Assembly (NCBI GenBank): GCA_945903605.1
Contig: CAMDOH010000003.1
Span: forward strand, 5,654-69,653
DNA from: Akkermansia muciniphila
GTDB lineage: Bacteria > Verrucomicrobiota > Verrucomicrobiia > Limisphaerales > UBA1100
DNA length: 64,000 nt
Direction of reading: 5' to 3'
The notes beneath the pieces were generated by a model, which saw only the letters and a list, made by a program, of their open reading frames with translations, was not told where the DNA came from and did no database searches. Within the stretch, counting starts at the first letter, position 1, and the number at the start of each line of letters is the position of its first letter. Made by a program: the position numbers and the translations under genes. Of the stretch, positions 39,618 to 48,327 are shown in pieces.

Positions 39618-40354
39618 ACCGCAACGTTGCCAATACGATGATCATCGCCAAGCGTGAATTGGCTGGATATTTCACATCGCCGGTGGCGTATGTGTTCCTG
39701 ATCATATTCCTCCTTTTGACCGGCCTGTTCACCTTCATGATCGGCCGCATGTTTGAACGAAACGAGGCATCGCTCGATGCGTTTTTCATGTGGCACCCTT
39801 GGCTGTACCTTTTCCTCGTGCCCTCCGTTGGAATGCGACTTTGGTCCGAAGAACGGCGACAAGGAACCTTGGAACTTTTGATGACTCTTCCCATCACGCA
39901 ATGGCAGGCGATTGTTGGTAAATTTATCGCCTCATGGGCTTTTCTCGCACTGGCATTGGTGCTGACTTGTCCTCTCGTTTTCACAGTTGAGTATCTTGGC
40001 AGTCCCGATTACGGCGCTGTTGTTTCTGGCTACATCGGCAGTTTGATGTTGGCCGGTGCTTATCTGGCGATCACTTGTTTCACGTCGTCGTTGACTCGAA
40101 ATCAAGTGATCAGTTTTGTTCTCTCAGTCACAATTTGTCTCATTATGATTCTGGCCGGCTGGCCGCCTGTCACAGATTTCGTGCGAGGTGTTGCACCGTC
40201 ACTCGTGGAATTCGTCACCGCATTTAGTGTGATGACTCATTTCGAAGGCTTCCAAAAGGGAGTCATCGATAGTCGCGACTTTTTGTTCTTTGCCTCAGTC
40301 ATTACTTTTTCACTGTTTGGAACCAGCCTGATGCTACGCAGCCTTCGCGCCTGA
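39614..40354 (+). CDS. ABC-2 type transporter permease (GldF-like)
   Basis: Its start overlaps the ATPase stop by 4 nt. The protein has about 6 TM segments. EERRQGTLELLMTLP is the conserved ABC-2 loop. Confidence 0.8.
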   Translation: MNRNVANTMIIAKRELAGYFTSPVAYVFLIIFLLLTGLFTFMIGRMFERNEASLDAFFMWHPWLYLFLVPSVGMRLWSEERRQGTLELLMTLPITQWQAIVGKFIASWAFLALALVLTCPLVFTVEYLGSPDYGAVVSGYIGSLMLAGAYLAITCFTSSLTRNQVISFVLSVTICLIMILAGWPPVTDFVRGVAPSLVEFVTAFSVMTHFEGFQKGVIDSRDFLFFASVITFSLFGTSLMLRSLRA

Positions 40355-40360
40355 TTGATT

Positions 40361-42298
40361 ATGGACACACGACAGCGTCAAACTTGGATCTACACGGTGG
40401 CGGGAATGATCGCCGCATTTCTCGCGTTGGTGGCAATTAACTACATGGCAAGTTTCGGTAAGGTGCGAGTGGATATCACTCAAGACAGTCTCTACACGCT
40501 TTCAAAGGGCACGCGGGAAATCCTCAATCGCGTGGCTAAAGATGGCACGAAAGTCAAAGTCCGTTTTTATTTTACAAAGACCGACGGTAATTCGCCCGAG
40601 GAATTGTTCATCAAAAAATACGCCGATCGCGTTGGAGACATGCTCGATGAGTACAGCCAGAATTGCAAAGGCCTGACCATTGAACGATTGAATCCGCAGC
40701 CGGATTCCGATGCTGAAGATGCCGCACGGCTTGATGGAATCACTGCACAACAATTACGGACTGGCGATGCCTTTTATTTTGGGTTGGCGATTAGCAGTCT
40801 TGATCAAAAGCTTGTCCTGCCGCTCCCGCCCGATCGCGAGAAGCTACTGGAATATGATCTCTCGCGTTCTATTTCGCGCGTCGCCAATCCTACGAAGCCG
40901 ATCATCGGAGTGATGACTCCGTTGCCTGTCTTTGGTCAGCAGATCAACCCAATGATGATGCGCCCAGGCATGCGCCCAGTTGATCCGTATATATTCATCT
41001 CCGAACTGAAAAAGGATTACGATGTGCGGCCAATAGAGATGACAGTCGATAAGATCGATGAAGTCATCACGGTTCTGCTCGTGATTCATCCTCGCGATCT
41101 GGCTCCTAAAACAGAATTTGCCATCGATCAATACGTGCTTCGTGGTGGCAAAATGATAGCGTTCCTAGATCCCATTTCTTTAGTGGATGCGCGAAACATG
41201 GGAGGTAATCCGATGCTCGGTGGCGGACCAGCTACCGGCTCAACTTTTCCGACACTGCTTTCCAAGGATGGTTGGGGACTGACCTTCGATCGCTCCAAGG
41301 TGGTGGCCGATCAAAAGTTCATGACTCGTATGATGCGAGGCGGTCGAGTGGAAGAAACCCCGTCGGTACTCTCTATCGCCAGATCGGATGACGATGCCCA
41401 TGTGATTTCAAAAGAAGATCCATCCACGAGCGACATCGATACACTCCTGATGCCTTTCGCTGGAGTATTTGCTGGCACGCCGGCACAAGGACTTATTTCC
41501 ACACCATTAATCCAAAGCACGAAGAAAGCGCAATTGGTCGAGGGATTCATGGCGCAAATGTCCTCGGAAGAAATTAATCGCAAATTTCAACCCGATGAAA
41601 AGTTTTATACGATGGCGTTGAGACTGAGCGGAAAGTTTAAGACTGCATTCACAAATGGGATGCCGGCCGATCCAACAAAACCCGATGACAGTGGTACCGA
41701 AGGGCCGAAAGTTAAGCCGCCAGTGTATCTAAAAGAGAGCCTCAAGGAATCGGCAATCGTATTGGTTGGCGACACAGATTTTCTGACAGACGATTTTTCA
41801 GTTCAAGTGCAGGAAATGTTTGGGCAACGGATTGCAATTCCGAGAAATGGCAATCTGGCCTTCATACAAAATATGGTCGAACACATGGCAGGAGACATGA
41901 GCTTGATCAATGCCCGAAGCAAGGCGACAAAGAATCGACCGTTCACTGTCATTCGCGACAAAGAAATACAAGCTGAGGAAAATCTAAGAGGTGAAAACCA
42001 GAAACTCATTGCTGACCTTCAAGAAACTCAACGCAAACTTGGTGAATTGCAACGGCAGAAAGATGAATCGCAACGGATGATTCTCAGCAAAGAACAACAG
42101 GAGGAAATCGAGAAGTTCCGAAAAAAGGAAGCGACGGCGAGGATTGCTTTGAAGAATCTTAAGAAGAACCTCCGAAGCAATATTGAGTCACTTCAAAACC
42201 GGCTTCGCTGGATGAACATCCTCGGTGTGCCGTTGCTCGTGGCTCTATTCGGCATCAGTGTCGCTGTTTCGCGACAATTGAAATTAAAGCAGCAATGA
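40361..42298 (+). CDS. GldG-like ABC transporter auxiliary protein
   Basis: It has an N-terminal TM segment, a large periplasmic domain and a C-terminal TM segment (ILGVPLLVALFGISVAV). It lies immediately after the ABC-2 permease, the usual GldA/F/G arrangement. Confidence 0.7.
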   Translation: MDTRQRQTWIYTVAGMIAAFLALVAINYMASFGKVRVDITQDSLYTLSKGTREILNRVAKDGTKVKVRFYFTKTDGNSPEELFIKKYADRVGDMLDEYSQNCKGLTIERLNPQPDSDAEDAARLDGITAQQLRTGDAFYFGLAISSLDQKLVLPLPPDREKLLEYDLSRSISRVANPTKPIIGVMTPLPVFGQQINPMMMRPGMRPVDPYIFISELKKDYDVRPIEMTVDKIDEVITVLLVIHPRDLAPKTEFAIDQYVLRGGKMIAFLDPISLVDARNMGGNPMLGGGPATGSTFPTLLSKDGWGLTFDRSKVVADQKFMTRMMRGGRVEETPSVLSIARSDDDAHVISKEDPSTSDIDTLLMPFAGVFAGTPAQGLISTPLIQSTKKAQLVEGFMAQMSSEEINRKFQPDEKFYTMALRLSGKFKTAFTNGMPADPTKPDDSGTEGPKVKPPVYLKESLKESAIVLVGDTDFLTDDFSVQVQEMFGQRIAIPRNGNLAFIQNMVEHMAGDMSLINARSKATKNRPFTVIRDKEIQAEENLRGENQKLIADLQETQRKLGELQRQKDESQRMILSKEQQEEIEKFRKKEATARIALKNLKKNLRSNIESLQNRLRWMNILGVPLLVALFGISVAVSRQLKLKQQ

Positions 42299-43485
42299 AT
42301 CGTGACCATACACAAAAACTGATTGGCGCTGCGCTGCTCATCGCCGTGCTCGGGCTTTTCATCTTCATCAAACAGCGAGGGGAATTTCGTGAGTCGGGCG
42401 TCGGATTGGGAACGGTATTCCTTTCTGGCTTCGACAAGTCGGTGAACGATGTCGCTCATATCACTGTTCGTGATGGGGATGGTGAGCTTAACCTGTCAAA
42501 GATTGCTTCTGGTTGGATCGTGAAAGAGCGTGGCGATTATTCAGCAGATTATTCTGACATTAATGGATTGCTTCGCAAATTAGTGGATCTGAAGTTGCAT
42601 CAAGTTGAGGAAGTTGGACAAGTCCAAGCCGATCGATTGAAATTCGGAATTTCAAATGGGGGCATGGAGCTGCAACTCAAAGACGCAACTGGAAAAATTA
42701 TTAATGATGTCTGGTTTGGAAAGGAGCAGCAGTCATCCGGTCAGGCCAGTTCACCTTTTGGCGAAGGAGCACCTGTTGGCCGTTGGGTGATGGATCGCAA
42801 GAAGCCGAAACAAGCAGGGCTTTGTTCTGAAGCATTCACGGATATCAAATCGAAGCCAGCTGACTGGCTCAATACGGCGTTTTTCAAGGTGGAAAAAGTG
42901 AAGGCTATCTCTGTGATGTATCCGACGAACAGCACCAACTCATGGGCGCTGACACGGGATTTGGAGACGGCTCCCTGGGTGTTGATTGAGCCAAAGGCTG
43001 GCGAGCAGATCGACCCCAACAAGGCCAACACGATTGGCAGTCCATTTTTTTCTCCGTCCTTCTCGGATATTCTCATCGGCAAAAAACCAGAAGAGACGGG
43101 GCTCGATAAGCCTACCCTCATCACCTTGCGCACGACTGATGATTTCACTTATCAGATTTCATTGGGTAAGAAGTCGGAGACTGGCGATTATCCAATCCAG
43201 CTCTCCATTCAGTCGAACTTTCCTGAGAAGCGTGTTCCCGGCAAAGACGAAAAACCGGAGGACAAAGAGAAGCTCGATAAGGATCATGGAGATCGACTCA
43301 AGCTCTCGAAAATCACCTTGGCGAATGAGAAGCGGTTCGAAGGCAGAGTTTATCTTCTTACCGGGTGGGCTGCTGATCCAATTTTAAAACAGCGTTCAGA
43401 CCTGCTCGCAGAGAAAAAGGCTGAAGAGCCAAAACCGCAGCCTCTGAAACCATTGCTCCCATCGCCCGATCCTTCCAAAAAGTAG
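42295..43485 (+). CDS. DUF4340 domain-containing protein
   Basis: Its start overlaps the GldG-like stop by 4 nt. It has an N-terminal TM anchor. Position and size fit the DUF4340 partner usually found after GldG-like genes. Confidence 0.55.
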   Translation: MNRDHTQKLIGAALLIAVLGLFIFIKQRGEFRESGVGLGTVFLSGFDKSVNDVAHITVRDGDGELNLSKIASGWIVKERGDYSADYSDINGLLRKLVDLKLHQVEEVGQVQADRLKFGISNGGMELQLKDATGKIINDVWFGKEQQSSGQASSPFGEGAPVGRWVMDRKKPKQAGLCSEAFTDIKSKPADWLNTAFFKVEKVKAISVMYPTNSTNSWALTRDLETAPWVLIEPKAGEQIDPNKANTIGSPFFSPSFSDILIGKKPEETGLDKPTLITLRTTDDFTYQISLGKKSETGDYPIQLSIQSNFPEKRVPGKDEKPEDKEKLDKDHGDRLKLSKITLANEKRFEGRVYLLTGWAADPILKQRSDLLAEKKAEEPKPQPLKPLLPSPDPSKK

Positions 43486-43529
43486 AAGTGACCTCTTTCA
43501 GCGGTTCGAATTTCTAATCCGATCGGTTT

Positions 43530-44909
43530 CTAGTATTCCGAGTCACGCTTGATACCGGGCATTGGGATTGGATATTTCCCATCCTTGTCTGCCAGAATCG
43601 GCGCAGGGCCATCGAGAGTGAGCTTGTCGACGTTCGGGGCGAATTCCTGCGGAAGTTTGCTGTAGTCATCCCAGCTAATTTCCTGACCAGTGTGTGCGGC
43701 GTAACGGCCCATCGTTGTGACCATGCTGGCGCGGGCGGCGCGCTTCACTTCATTATACGGTTTATTGTTGCGGACAGCGTCCAGTAAATCGTCCCATTCG
43801 AGCTGGTAAGGATCGGGCGGATTGAGCGGGGGATCCCAAACCTTGTCCTCGATCTTCATATTGTGCCCCTTGAAAATCCTGCACGCACGGCCCATGTGAT
43901 GGCCACCCAGCGAAACGGTGGTCATTCCTTTGGTGCCGTGAATGGCGCTCGTGAATTCGTCTTTCATGCCAGCCATCGTGCGGCCGTAGAAAAAGAACTT
44001 AGTGCCATCTTCAAACGTGTACTCAACTTGATAATTATCGAAATTCTGATCGATGTTTTCACCGCGATAATGACGGCCTCCAATCGCATGGCACTTCACC
44101 GGCCAGGCATCTTTCATCCAGCAGCATTCATCGATCTGGTGGATATAAAAATCGCTGAAGAGACCGCCACTGGCCCAAAGGAAGCTGTGGAAGCGTTTGA
44201 TCTGATACATCAACTCGCTGATTCCATCAGGTTTCTTTCCAGAGAATGCCGAGCCAACAGGAGGGTGCATTCGATACGCGCGCATCGCGATAATATCGCC
44301 AATGGCGCCTTCCTTGATCTTGTTGAACAACGCTTGGCGACCACGGCAATGGCGGACCATCAATCCGACGCCAACTTTGAGGCCCTTCTTGTTGGCAGCA
44401 TCCGCCAATTCAATCATCTTTCGCCCGCTCGCTACGTCCACGCAAATCGGTTTTTCCATGAACACGTTTAATCCCAACTCGATTGCGTGCTTGAATTGTA
44501 CCCAGCGAAACGCAGGTGGAGTTCCTAATATGACAATGTCGCCCTTCCTCAATGTCGCCATTCCCTCTTTATACCCGTCGAAGCCGATGTACTTTCGTGA
44601 ATCGGGGACATCCATTTTGTCCGCGAACCCGCGCTGCAAGGAACCAAAGCTTCCATCAAGGCGTTCTTTGAAAACATCCACCATGGATGTCATCTTCACC
44701 GGTCCATGCTGAGCAGAAACCGATAGCGCGTTGCTGGCAGCGCCCGTACCACGACCTCCGCAGCCAACCAGAGCGATCTTGACCGTGTTGTCTTCGGCGC
44801 AATGAACGTGCGGCAAAGCAACCCCAGCCAACGCAGATGCGCCAAGTATCAACGAGGAGTCTTTGATGAATTCGCGGCGGTTAGGGTTCGGTTTGATGAA
44901 GTTGCTCAT
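43530..44909 (-). CDS. Gfo/Idh/MocA family oxidoreductase with twin-arginine signal
   Basis: A TAT motif (NRREFIKDSSLILGASALAG) is followed by a Rossmann motif (VGCGGRGTGAA). Confidence 0.8.
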   Translation of the reverse strand: MSNFIKPNPNRREFIKDSSLILGASALAGVALPHVHCAEDNTVKIALVGCGGRGTGAASNALSVSAQHGPVKMTSMVDVFKERLDGSFGSLQRGFADKMDVPDSRKYIGFDGYKEGMATLRKGDIVILGTPPAFRWVQFKHAIELGLNVFMEKPICVDVASGRKMIELADAANKKGLKVGVGLMVRHCRGRQALFNKIKEGAIGDIIAMRAYRMHPPVGSAFSGKKPDGISELMYQIKRFHSFLWASGGLFSDFYIHQIDECCWMKDAWPVKCHAIGGRHYRGENIDQNFDNYQVEYTFEDGTKFFFYGRTMAGMKDEFTSAIHGTKGMTTVSLGGHHMGRACRIFKGHNMKIEDKVWDPPLNPPDPYQLEWDDLLDAVRNNKPYNEVKRAARASMVTTMGRYAAHTGQEISWDDYSKLPQEFAPNVDKLTLDGPAPILADKDGKYPIPMPGIKRDSEY

Positions 44910-45006
44910 AACGTGAGTGAATCGTTGGCCGCGCTCGGAATGCTGTCAACCTTGAAACAATTCTTTTCAGTTTTCCTGTCCTGATACTTTGCGCATCATC
45001 CGCCCA

Positions 45007-46386
45007 ATGTTTGGAGAGATACGTTCTGTACATTTCATCGGGATCTGCGGCACCGCAATGGCCAGCACAGCTGCGGCACTTCAGGCGCGTGGCTACCACG
45101 TCACTGGCTCAGATCAAAATGTCTATCCGCCGATGTCGACGTTTCTGGCCGAAAGAAACATCCATGTCATGTCGCCGTTCAATGAACAGAACCTTTCTAG
45201 CAAGCCCGATCTTGTGGTCATCGGTAACGCCATCAGCCGCGGCAATCCCGAGTGTGAAGCGACATTGGCAAATCGACTGCGTTATTGTTCGCTGCCCGAG
45301 CTGCTCAAGGGATTTTTCATTCACGGCAAACGCTCCATCGTCGTCGCCGGCACGCATGGCAAAACGACAGTCACGAGCCTGCTGGCGTGGGTCTTCGAGC
45401 ATAATGGTTTTGCGCCGAGCTACCTCATCGGCGGCATCCCAAATAATCTTGGGCAAGGCGCGAAGTTCACAGATGGCTCATGGTTCATCATCGAGGGAGA
45501 TGAATATGACACCGCCTTTTTTGACAAGCGCAGCAAATTCGTCCACTACCTTCCCGAAGTCGTCATCATTAACAATCTTGAATTTGACCATGCGGACATC
45601 TTTGAAAATCTCGTCGCTGTACAAACCAGTTTCCGGCGCCTCATCAATATTGTGCCTCGCAATGGACTGATACTTGCCAATGGAGATGAACCAAACTTGC
45701 GCGGCCTGCTCGATGTCACTCATTGTCCTGTGAAACGGTTTGGCCTTGGTGAATCGAATGACGTGCGCGGAGCGATTGTCGAGCTGACGGATAGTGGCTC
45801 AAGATTCAGAATCTCAAACGCCGAATTCTCGATTGGTTTGGTTGGAGAATTGAATGTTCGAAATGCGCTGGCTGTGGCTGCTTGCGCCCAGCATTGTGGC
45901 CTTTCAGATTCGCAGATCCAGTCCGCTTTCGACTCGTTCACCGGCATCAAACGCAGGATGGAAGTGCGCGGTGAATCACAGGGCATCACTGTCGTTGATG
46001 ATTTTGGTCATCACCCCACCGCGATTGCAGAGACTCTGAAAGCCCTTCGCGTTAAATTTCCGGGGCGCAGACTTTGGGCGGTGTTCGAGCCGAGATCAAA
46101 CACGACTCGACGGAATGTCTTTCAAAATGAATTGGTGAGCGCGTTGTCGTTGGCGGATGCGATCGTGATTGCTCAAATCGCGAGGTTAGATCAGATCAAA
46201 CCCGAGGAACGGCTCGATCCTGAACAGTTGATGAAAGGGTTGCTGGCGACAGGTAAACCAGCGGCTTATCTGCCGGATGTTAAGTCGATCGTCACGCACG
46301 TGTTGGCAGAACGGCGGGCAGGGGATGTCGTCTGCGTTTTCAGCAATGGCGGATTTGGTGGCATCCACGAGAAACTACTCGCCTGA
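45007..46386 (+). CDS. mpl: UDP-N-acetylmuramate:L-alanyl-gamma-D-glutamyl-meso-DAP ligase (murein peptide ligase)
   Basis: The sequence aligns closely with E. coli Mpl as I recall it. Shared blocks include GICGTAMAS, TGSDQNVYPPMSTFL, GNAISRGNPE, AGTHGKTT, EGDEYDTAFFDKRSKFVHY, NNLEFDHADIF and SNGGFGGIHEKLL. Confidence 0.88.
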   Translation: MFGEIRSVHFIGICGTAMASTAAALQARGYHVTGSDQNVYPPMSTFLAERNIHVMSPFNEQNLSSKPDLVVIGNAISRGNPECEATLANRLRYCSLPELLKGFFIHGKRSIVVAGTHGKTTVTSLLAWVFEHNGFAPSYLIGGIPNNLGQGAKFTDGSWFIIEGDEYDTAFFDKRSKFVHYLPEVVIINNLEFDHADIFENLVAVQTSFRRLINIVPRNGLILANGDEPNLRGLLDVTHCPVKRFGLGESNDVRGAIVELTDSGSRFRISNAEFSIGLVGELNVRNALAVAACAQHCGLSDSQIQSAFDSFTGIKRRMEVRGESQGITVVDDFGHHPTAIAETLKALRVKFPGRRLWAVFEPRSNTTRRNVFQNELVSALSLADAIVIAQIARLDQIKPEERLDPEQLMKGLLATGKPAAYLPDVKSIVTHVLAERRAGDVVCVFSNGGFGGIHEKLLA

Positions 46387-46390
46387 ATTC

Positions 46391-47347
46391 TCACCGACGT
46401 TTTTCAGAATCAGAAAGCTGTTTTTGAAGTTGAACTTTCATCTCTGAAAAGTATTTGTCTGACACTTTCAACAAGGACTGGCGCGCGGCAGTCCTATTGC
46501 CAGTCTTGAATTCGAGAATGGCGATATTGAGATAAACTGAATCCTTTTGGCGTTCAGACTGCGCGAGTTGCAAGGCGTGTTTCCAAGCGGTGGCAGCCGA
46601 CTCAGTTTGAATGGGGAGTATTTGTAAATAGGATTCGGCGAGTTCGGATGCGATTGTAAAATTCTTCGGATCCAACTTTAAGGCTGCTTGATATTCCTTG
46701 AGCGCCATTTCAAGGACGATAGTTGGAGTTCTTTGGAAGTGTTGTGCGGCTTCGTTTGGGTAGAGACAGATTGTAGTGGCGAGGTTGTGGTGATAGAGCG
46801 ACTGCTTTGAATCAAGAACGATGGCTTTGCCGATGAGTTCGAATGCCCTTGGTACAGATGAAGCATTCTTTTGCTCAATGGCTGTGAAGACCAGATGTCG
46901 TGCGAGATTATTGTGGACGGCAGCATTCTTTTCATCAGAAGCCAGAATTTGATTCCAATGTTCTTCGGCCAGTTTCTCGTCGCCGATATGTCTGAGAAAA
47001 CTTGCGTAAGCGTTGCGAGCGCGAGTGTGATCGGGGTTGTCCTGTAGGAATCTCTCGTAGGTTCCCCGCACCTGAAGCATTTGCTGACGTGCTCGATTGC
47101 GGAATGCAGAGCGAGTGACTGGATTTGCCTTTATTGATTCCGAGTTCTGATCGAGGCAGACAAGAATATCTTTCACCGCAGCATTATCCGCAGCGAGAAT
47201 TGCCTGGAATCGCGCCTCTTTTGGATCCGTTTGGAGAAGAATCGTGGTCTTCCCAATCGGACCTGTTGCGCATCCAGCTCCCAGCAAAAGCAAAATGAGA
47301 ATCCAACTAGCTGTCACGGCTTCTAACGTAGCAGCTGCCATTGTCAT
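46391..47347 (-). CDS. Hypothetical TPR-like lipoprotein
   Basis: An internal Met gives MTMAAATLEAVTASWILILLLLGAGC, a lipobox. The rest is helical-repeat-like. The gene looks visibly more AT-rich than its neighbours. Confidence 0.5.
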   Translation of the reverse strand: MTMAAATLEAVTASWILILLLLGAGCATGPIGKTTILLQTDPKEARFQAILAADNAAVKDILVCLDQNSESIKANPVTRSAFRNRARQQMLQVRGTYERFLQDNPDHTRARNAYASFLRHIGDEKLAEEHWNQILASDEKNAAVHNNLARHLVFTAIEQKNASSVPRAFELIGKAIVLDSKQSLYHHNLATTICLYPNEAAQHFQRTPTIVLEMALKEYQAALKLDPKNFTIASELAESYLQILPIQTESAATAWKHALQLAQSERQKDSVYLNIAILEFKTGNRTAARQSLLKVSDKYFSEMKVQLQKQLSDSEKRR

Positions 47348-47397
47348 GGCAACTCCACGAACTTTACGGGAGTCTCTGTTTACGCTAATTTGAGATC

Positions 47398-48216
47398 GTG
47401 CAACTGGAAGATCACATCGGTGACATCTGTAGAAAGGCGCGATTGCAATCCAAGATCGCATCTCACCTCGTGGCGAATGCAGCGAAGATCACTCAAGCAG
47501 AGTTGGAGTTGTTTGAATCGAATGGATTGACGCTGCCGGCGATGGATCAACTCGCATTATTCGATGTCGTGAAACTCGATCAGCACAAAGCTGAGCGAGT
47601 CGCGCAAGGATGGTTGCCAGACCCTGTGGATCTGTGCATGTGGAAAGAGTTGAGGATGATCACCACGACGGAAAACTTCTCGGTCAACTGTTTTCTCATT
47701 TGGGATTTGGAGTCGCGTCAGGCGGCTCTATTCGACACAGGCTGGTTCGCCGCTGAGATCATTCAATTCGTCACCCGATATCAACTCAGCCTCGACCACC
47801 TGTTTGTCACCCATTCGCACGGCGATCACATCGCCGCGATTGTGGACATTCGTCGTCATTATCCGAATGTGCAAATCCACTCCAACAGCCGATCCGCGCC
47901 AAAAGGTCAGCACAATATCATGGGAGCCGTGATTCAAGTCGGGCGTCTTGAGGTGGCTCACAGGCTCACGCCAGGTCATGCCGAAGACAGTGTGACTTAT
48001 CTCATCAACGGTTGGCCGCAGCAAAAGCGGCAGGTTGCAATTGTGGGTGACGCGATATTTGCGGGTTCAATGGGAAAAGATTTTCACACTCCGGACATCG
48101 CCAAGCAACATATTCGCGAACAGATTCTGTCACTGCCGTCCGACACGTTGATTTGCCCGGGGCACGGCCCAGTCACCACCGTGGAAGAAGAGAATTCGCA
48201 CAATCCATTCTTTTGA
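47398..48216 (+). CDS. MBL-fold metallo-hydrolase (glyoxalase II-like) with an N-terminal XRE-like HTH segment
   Basis: The metallo-beta-lactamase motif THSHGDH and a later GHGP are present. The first ~60 aa (IGDICRKARLQSKIASHLVANAAKITQAELELFESNG) resemble an HTH_3 domain. The start is GTG. Confidence 0.7.
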   Translation: MQLEDHIGDICRKARLQSKIASHLVANAAKITQAELELFESNGLTLPAMDQLALFDVVKLDQHKAERVAQGWLPDPVDLCMWKELRMITTTENFSVNCFLIWDLESRQAALFDTGWFAAEIIQFVTRYQLSLDHLFVTHSHGDHIAAIVDIRRHYPNVQIHSNSRSAPKGQHNIMGAVIQVGRLEVAHRLTPGHAEDSVTYLINGWPQQKRQVAIVGDAIFAGSMGKDFHTPDIAKQHIREQILSLPSDTLICPGHGPVTTVEEENSHNPFF

Positions 48217-48327
48217 TGGCATCGCCAATCATCAACCGCATCGTTCAGATTTCGCTTTGAATTCAACCCCGTTCAATACAGACTCCGCGCTTGTTTTTCG
48301 CCGGACAAAACTGGCGAGCACCATTCG

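Noticed and set aside
45011-45670. Alternative-frame ORFs of 188-219 aa inside mpl (45011..45670) and inside the permease gene (59403..59969)
   Set aside because: They lie in the +1/+2 frames of genes with strong family motifs. Their translations are Ser/Arg/Pro-rich without motifs.
46391-47461. The AT-richer TPR-like gene as a horizontally acquired element
   Set aside because: Composition looks lower in GC by eye, but I cannot quantify it here. There are no flanking repeats, tRNA or mobility genes. A lipoprotein with helical repeats is a plausible native gene.
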